In this document: positions 40,461 through 46,587 of the stretch, in pieces | Position numbering within the stretch: the stretch's first letter is position 1 | Layout: the number at the start of each line of letters is the position of its first letter | From: Chromera velia | Taxonomy: Eukaryota | Direction of reading: 5' to 3' | Length of the DNA: 46,587 bases | Assembly (NCBI GenBank): GCA_018398765.1 | Contig: JAHBMJ010000481.1 | Location: 1-46,587, forward strand | Program-made: the position numbers and the translations under genes | Notes under the pieces: generated by a model | What the model was told of the DNA's origin: nothing | What the model saw: only the letters and a program-made list of their open reading frames with translations | The model's database searches: none

Positions 40461-41509
40461 TCACGGAGCGTGAACATGGTCCCTTTTTACACCCTCACCC
40501 CTGCGGCTACTGCATGCTGCTGCTTCTATTTCTTCAGCAGACAGCACTTGGTATAGTGCCCCATCTGATTGCATTCGGGGATAGAGCACCTCACATTCTT
40601 GGCGGGGCAACCCTTTGCCTCGTCGTAGTGCTTCAGGTGCCCGCAGTTGGGACAAAGGCGGGAGGACGAACTCGAGCCGCCCTGACTGGAAGTAGCAGCG
40701 GCACCTGCATTTCCGTCTCTGTCTCCTGAAGACTGAAACGATGTCTCCCTCTTCTTTCCTTTCTTCTCCTTCCCCCCTTTCCTTTTTCCAGACCCCCCAC
40801 GCAAACCTGAGGCAGCTGCCCCGTACTCATGATGGGGACGGGAAGAGGAGGAACGGGAACCCTGCCCCTCGATAGCGACTTTCACTGTAAGTAATTCTGC
40901 CGCTTCTACCTTCCTCTCAACGAAAAGAAGAATCTCGTCGTACGTCAGCGCGGTGATCTTCTTGTCATGCTTTTCGGCGGCCTTCTCCGAGGCATCAGTG
41001 TACTCAAACTTGGTGAGTACATTCTCAAGGGCCCTTTTCTTCAGGTCGTCGGGTGCAGTGTAACCTGCCTTGCCTCCATCTCGGAGGCACTTCTTCAGAC
41101 GACCGATGGCAGACACAATGTCCTCCTTCTCCAAATTCCTTTGGAGAGCAAGGAGCTTCTCCCGAGAGGACTTTGCACCGATCTCCTTCTTCTCGGTGGC
41201 TACGTCAGAGATGGCCTCCAAGAGATCGGCACACTCCTTCCCCTCTCCCACAGCAACAGAGACCTCATGAACAAGGTCAGGGTCCTTCCTCAGACCCCGG
41301 AGGAGGAAAAGCTTCCAAAGAGACACCTGGTCCACCTTATCCAGAACGTGTTTGGCGGCCAGCATATACTCTGCGGTCGCCTTGTACGATTCCTTCCAGA
41401 ACTGAAACTCCTTCCGGAAGATGGCCTTGAGGTTCTCATCCTTGGACGACAGAACAGTCGCAAACGAGACCTTGCACTCAAAAGGATTGACCCAGTACAG
41501 ATCAGGCAA
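40424..41509 (-). pseudogene. Copia B gag with two Cys/His knuckles
   Basis: 327-aa ORF ending CPNCGH..C and CSIPECNQMGHYTKC; two stops (40526, 40487) before the likely native stop at 40424. Confidence 0.8.
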
Positions 41510-41664
41510 CTTGATCGTCTGTATGCCTGGAGTACCGCCTACACTGCCAGCAGATGTATTCGCTATGTTGGTAAGAATAGCAAAAAAATAGAAGAGGAAT
41601 CAGGAGACAGATCAATGCAGATCAAGGGAAAAAATGAACTGCCCACACCTGCGAACAGCAAATT

Positions 41665-42125
41665 TGTAACGGTAAACGTTACCTAGAACAGACTAGAACA
41701 GTCACGTAACAAAAATGGATAACGCTCAAACAGCTAAACGGGAAGTCTGACCTACCAGGTCGCAGTCCTCAGTCCAGACAGGAAAATCCATTCAGCAACA
41801 ACACAGAAATTCAAGGAGACGTCAATCTAGAATTCACTTAAATGAAGACTGCGCATTCGATCCAATGCGTGGGACTTCGACACTCCAAACGTGACATATA
41901 GACTGATCAGACTGCCATCTGAGGATGCTCTCTATCATGAACCGACTGAGTAGACCGAGCCTTCGTATAGCCTCACTGTTTGATCAAGGAGTCAGACGCT
42001 AATGCACTCAAACATGCGCGATCACGCCGCTTGCAATACTCTTCACTCGCGCAGATGGCTGGCGCGCTCGCAAAACGCTCGGCGCCCACCTGACGCACGC
42101 TTGGATGCATGCGTTTACTCTCACA
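41665..42125 (-). repeat. 5' LTR of copia B
   Basis: Direct repeat of 34179-34637. Confidence 0.95.
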
Positions 42126-42399
42126 CGCCTCTGAGATGACTCCAGCCCAAATAAAATTTCCTACTCCAAACTGGTTGGGCAGGGGACGATCTTCATGCTC
42201 GGTATCAGTCTGTCCTACTATATGTGGGCGTCAAGCTCTACCCGCCTCTCCAGAAAGGTATCTCAAAAGAGAAAGGATCTCTGTCTGGCCCTCATATAAG
42301 GTAACCACTTCTTGCGTTACCGAAACAAGACGCGTCCCGTGAGCTATGACGACCAGAGAAAAGAAGCAGTGCACTCAACATACAATCAAGTCTGACCAC

Positions 42400-42617
42400 T
42401 GATGGATAAAGATTCCGTCATACTTTCAGGTTCATAGGAGAGGCCGTCTGTCTTGGCTTTAGTCACAGATATACGCTACGATGGATCGATCAGTTTCTGC
42501 ATGCATTGCTATGCATTGCTACATTGCAACACTGCATCTCTGTACATCACACCTCTCTATGTGCGCACGGTCCACTGCCAACGGCCCTGGAAAGCGGCGC
42601 AGGGAGAAACCCCAACA
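42400..42617 (-). repeat. 5' LTR of copia A
   Basis: Direct repeat of 27378-27595; followed on the minus strand by g-TGGtcagacttga (PBS candidate). Confidence 0.9.
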
Positions 42618-43008
42618 ATAGTTTTCAATACAATTATACCCCGTGCAACACTTTTGCAACACTTAAGCAACAGTTGTTTGCCTACTAAGTGCCATGATAA
42701 ATTAAAAAAAAATCTACTGGCATAAAAAAAAAAGTTTTCTGATCTTTTCTTTTTTTTTTATGTAGTCTGGGGCCTAGATATATAGGTTATCACATCTAGT
42801 ATCACATAGGGGTCTAATATTAAACGAAAGAGGGAGGAATGACGTTCTATACCCTATAAAATAGATAGTCGAAATGGCTAGTATTGGTTAGTCAACTGTT
42901 TATTTTTACTGGCTATTTTGGAAAGTCAACTAGCCATTTTCAAAATGGCCCGTGGTATATACTAGGCGATGCACAGTGGTAAAAAAAAAAAAGAATAGAC
43001 ATGTCGAG

Positions 43009-43420
43009 CAGTGACCAGATTTGATTTGATTTGATTTGAAGTAGGGCTTAACCTCAAATCAAATCTTAGGCCTGAAAAACTTTAGCATGATAGAGCCTAT
43101 CAAATCTTATCAAATTTACTTCAAATAACTCTCTAGGATAACTCTAAGATAAAAATATATATAAGCTCTTAGCTTTGACAATAGTTCATTAACTTTGAGA
43201 GTCTTAATTAAGCTTTTAATCTAGTTTTTAGTAATTTTCTTGTCTCTAGGGCTTTCTAGGATTTGCTAGTGGTATTGACTGTGTCATGTCGTCTTCAGTG
43301 CTATTGGGAGTGACCTCTAGACTTCAAGCTCAAATCTACTTCAAATCTGGTCAGATTTGAGCTTGAAGCTCAAATCAAATTAAATCAAATCAAATTTTAT
43401 CAAATCAAATCTGGTCACTA
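43009..43420. mobile_element. hAT-type MITE with (gattt)n subterminal repeats
   Basis: TIR cagtgaccagatttgatttgat / atcaaatcaaatctggtcacta; TSD atgtcgag / atgtcaaa. Confidence 0.85.
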
Positions 43421-43491
43421 ATGTCAAATTTTTTTTTTCTTTTTTTTTTTTAAGTCTGATGGTCAAAGGTCCAAGTAAACGTAGCAAAAGT

Positions 43492-45370
43492 TGAAGTATA
43501 GGGTACCAGCCTGCCACGTATCTATGCTTGCTTCTGGACCCGGCGGGCCGAGCGTGCAGGCCGTGCCGCGCGGTGCCAAAGCGCTGTGCTGGCCGGGATA
43601 GGATTGCCGCGTGTGCATTCGATTTTATATGATTTGTGCCGCGCGCATTCAGCACCAGCCAGTTCAGATCGATTCACTTCGTGCAGCACTAGCTGATCGA
43701 ATGCCTTTCGGCTGTTCGTTCTACTCTGTCTTGACGATCAGACTATTTCATGAAGTAGTTCCACCATCATGGAGATCTAGCTGCATTCCGTTTGACCATT
43801 ATTTGGTCATTCTCTTTTGCGGTTGACAGCGCTCTATTATATCCCGTTTCGGTCAGTCAACGACCGCAACGATTTCCATCTCCTCGTCTCTCCAGCTATC
43901 TTTTACTCCACTCTTTCTCTACTTATAATCCTAGTTAGAATCTGCCCACTCTAGTCAGATCGGAATGATAAAAAGCTTGCAGAAGGCTTTGTTCTTCCAA
44001 TCTGGAAGCTGTAGAAGAAGAATAAACCTGCAGCCATTGCTGCGCCAGTAGGTTTCTGCTGGGAGACGTCATGGTGCACTGAGATGTTCGTTTGTAGAAG
44101 ACCTTGACGTGGACACCAGAAGAGAACCGAGTCTCCATTCTTCCCCCAAGCTCTTCCAATCCCTATCCTCAACCACTTCACCCAAATCAAGCAAGTGGAC
44201 AAGGACCGTCAGTAACATCATTGCCACCATTTCTGTTGAGAGCCGCCTTCCCTCAACTGCCATGATGCAGTTGCTGCCTGGACCGCACTAAGCCGTCAGT
44301 GCATCAACTGCTCGCAGCTGCTTTCCGGGCCGCCACGAGCTGAGAGTGCCGTAACTTTTCTACTGTGACGTCCCCTGTCTACTCGCCAAGGATCACTGAG
44401 GAAGGCAAGGTTTTGGAAGTGCCTCTTTAGGGGGAGGGGATTCTTCATGACTCTTATATCTGTGTTTGACCGTCTCTGTTTTTGCCAACATCCATCCATG
44501 CATACACCAGAGGACGCTCCACTGAGTTATGAATGCAAGGTTTGCAGTGTTTGTTTTCTCTTATTAGGCAATGAGTGCAAACTGTGCATATGATCGAACT
44601 CTTTGATAAAGAAGCATACAAGGCACGATTTGTTCTGTCTTTCTGCACAGCCACTGCATGGATTCTTTCTTTCCCTGTTGTTTTTTCAGTGTTGTGAAGC
44701 GCTCATCTTTTGAAAGGCAACTGACAGCCAGACCTAAGAGGCAGGCCAAAGAAAGGCAGACTTAAGAGGCAGGCCAGGGACATACAGTCTTATGATGCTT
44801 AGCCCTCTGACCTTGTTTTTGTGATGCCTAGCCCTCTGTCTCTCTGCTATCCTTTCATGTGTGCTCTTCAATCTTTAACACTGGCAGGCAAGTGAAAGCA
44901 AGAAAATATTTCATTGGCTCTCAGGCAGTCAAACTAAAAGGCTGTTTCATTCCCTTTGTCTTTATCTTTCCCTGGTGTTTTGCTTCCATTTCTTTCTCTT
45001 TGCAAAGCTTGCATAGAAACGTAATCGAGGGAGGGAGTTGAAGTATAGAGTACCAGCCTGCCGCGTATCTATGCTTGCTTCTGGACCCGGTGGGCCGAGC
45101 GTGCAGGCCGTGTCGCATGGTGCCGAAGCACTGTGCTGGCCGGAATAGGATTGCCGCGCGCGCATTCGATTTTGTACGATTTGTGCCGCGCGCATTCAGC
45201 ACCAGCTAGTTCAGATCGATTCACTTCGTGTAGCACTAGCTGATTGAATGCCTTTCGGCTGTTCGTTCTACTCTGCCTTGACGGACAGACTATTTCATGA
45301 AGTAGTTCTACCATCATAAAGATCTAGCTCTGCATTCCGTTTGACTATTATTTAGTCATTCTCTTTTGCA
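43492..45370 (+). mobile_element. Non-autonomous LTR element (TRIM/LARD-like)
   Basis: Direct repeats of about 330 bp at 43492-43821 and 45039-45370; PPT gagggagggag at 45027-45037; TSD aaagt / aaggt; no retroviral ORF recognised inside. Confidence 0.75.
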
Positions 45371-45539
45371 AAGGTAGGTTTTGTAGTTAGATGTGTTTTT
45401 GTTATATGTTTGGCACTTCCAATAAAATAATTAAAAAATATATATAAAAGATTAGGCTTCTCGAGATTTTTTTTTCTTTTTTTTTATTACTGTGCGTTGC
45501 CTAGGATATGTATCTCAAGATCTATATGGCGTATAGAGC

Positions 45540-45685
45540 TAGTGACCAGATTTGATTTGATTTATTTTGAAGTAAGACTCAACCTCAAATCAAATCTTAG
45601 GCCTGAGAAACTTTAGCATGATAGGGTCTATCAAATCTTATCAAATCTACTTCAAATCTGACCCTTTAACCTCAAATCTTCAAGG
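45540..45685. mobile_element. Left end of a second copy of the hAT (gattt)n family
   Basis: tagtgaccagatttgatttg...ctttagcatgatag matches 43009-43125; right end not seen. Confidence 0.75.
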
Positions 45686-45994
45686 TCAATCCGTCATCCA
45701 GTCTCTCATATGAGCCTTCACACTTTTTTGTGTGCCAAAAAAAGAAAAATCACAAAAAGATTTTTTTATCAGTTTCACATGAATATAAACGCCCAAAAAC
45801 CTTTTCAAATGTCTGTTCAATGTAAAAGAGGTCATCCAGTCTATTCTCCAGACATTTAAATTTTGATTTAGGGTTTGAAATGGTTCTTTATTATCGATCC
45901 TGTGGCAGTTTTTACGCTTCTTTCTTTGCCTTAGGCCCTTCTTGGGTCCCCCCTTATCAAACTGATCAACGATGATGTCAAACAATATTCCACA

Positions 45995-46060
45995 CTGGGC
46001 GATGCACAGTGGTAAAAAAAAAAAAAAATCTGAAAACGTCTATTCTTTTTTTTAAAAAAA
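45995..46060. mobile_element. Left end of another CTRGGCGATGCACAGTGG family element
   Basis: Matches the TIR at 42962; partner end not found in the window. Confidence 0.6.
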
Positions 46061-46587
46061 AAAAAAATTTATTGTATATGTAAAAAAAAATAAAGGTTAA
46101 ATGACTAGCTTCAACTAGAGTTTGAATCATATCTAGGATCCCAGTTTCACTTTTAGCTTGGTAGACGCTTAACTAGATGCTTAAAAGGATTGACCAAAAC
46201 TAGCTTCGACTAGAGCTTCGAAATGTATATCGTCCTAGATACCGTTAAAGAGCCACTCAAAGAACTTCTCCTCTGTCTGCTCTTCTGTCTGCATCCATGC
46301 ATCCATCCTTCTTGTCACTCTTTGCATAGGATAAAAGAGAGCCCCCTTTTCCCTTCGCCTGCCCGCTCGCCTTCGTCCCTGTAATCCCTTTTTGCGATGG
46401 TCGCTGCGTGCAGTGCCATACACGCAGACTTCATTCATTTTTTAACAGACACAGTAAAGAGAAGAGAGAAAAGTCTGGTGACAGTGCAGTTAAACAAGGG
46501 GAAAAAGATTGGTTGGTCCGTGTTCACTGTTCAACAAAGTCGATGATGGAATGGTGAAGACACTAGTAGAGACACTAGTAGAGACAA

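Larger units (their letters stand above)
34179..42125 (-). mobile_element. Ty1/copia LTR retrotransposon B nested in the 5'/gag region of copia A
   Basis: TG..CA LTRs at 34179-34637 and 41665-42125 (about 29 substitutions by hand count); perfect 5-bp TSD cgcct at 34174-34178 and 42126-42130; order gag-PR-IN-RT-RH. Confidence 0.95.
27378..42617 (-). mobile_element. Ty1/copia LTR retrotransposon A (decayed, interrupted twice)
   Basis: LTRs of about 218 bp at 27378-27595 and 42400-42617; PPT caggggatgat next to the 3' LTR; order gag-PR-IN-RT-RH. Confidence 0.92.
27270..42777. mobile_element. MITE of about 270 bp (8-bp TSD) expanded to 15.5 kb by nested insertions
   Basis: TIR ctaggccctgcactccataaa / tttatgtagtctggggcctag; TSD ataaatag (27262-27269) / atatatag (42778-42785). 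Confidence 0.75.
42962..45504. mobile_element. Non-autonomous 8-bp-TSD DNA transposon hosting two nested insertions
   Basis: TIR ctaggcgatgcacagtggtaaaaa / tttttattactgtgcgttgcctag; TSD ggtatata / gatatgta (6/8, both differences transitions). Confidence 0.65.

Noticed and set aside
33322..41686. Long plus-strand ORFs (e.g. 33322-33930, 40967-41686)
   Set aside because: Antisense shadows of the gag/pol frames
42972..42990. CACAGTG heptamer suggesting a Transib/RSS end (also near 46005)
   Set aside because: It lies 10 bp inside a CTAGG-starting TIR with an 8-bp TSD, not at a terminus

Overview
Eukaryotic (probably alveolate, Chromera-like; inferred from one protein only) transposon-dense window. 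I can support one intact host gene: an intronless 197-aa mitochondrial-type single-TM protein at 24837-25430, resembling the apicomplexan complex IV subunit Cg8/ApiCox23. Most of the rest is nested mobile DNA whose borders can be read from TIRs, LTRs and TSDs. (i) A minus-strand CRE-like non-LTR retrotransposon is split by an 8-bp-TSD element (100-1153) and by a 7.1-kb TIR element with a CTG TSD (2007-9130) that carries a Penelope-like RT and a hairpin array. (ii) There is a decayed Mutator-like transposase, a GCR1_C-like remnant, and a TA-TSD TIR element with an OTU protease motif. (iii) A 15.5-kb nest: MITE > copia A > (MITE; copia B > long-TIR element). (iv) A second nest: 8-bp-TSD element > hAT MITE plus a non-autonomous LTR element. 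The most notable signals are in copia B: an apparent programmed -1 frameshift cassette (G GAU UUU, stop, strong GC hairpin) at the gag/pol junction, and a Tudor-like motif after the integrase. Family assignments come from recalled motifs; no searches were run.
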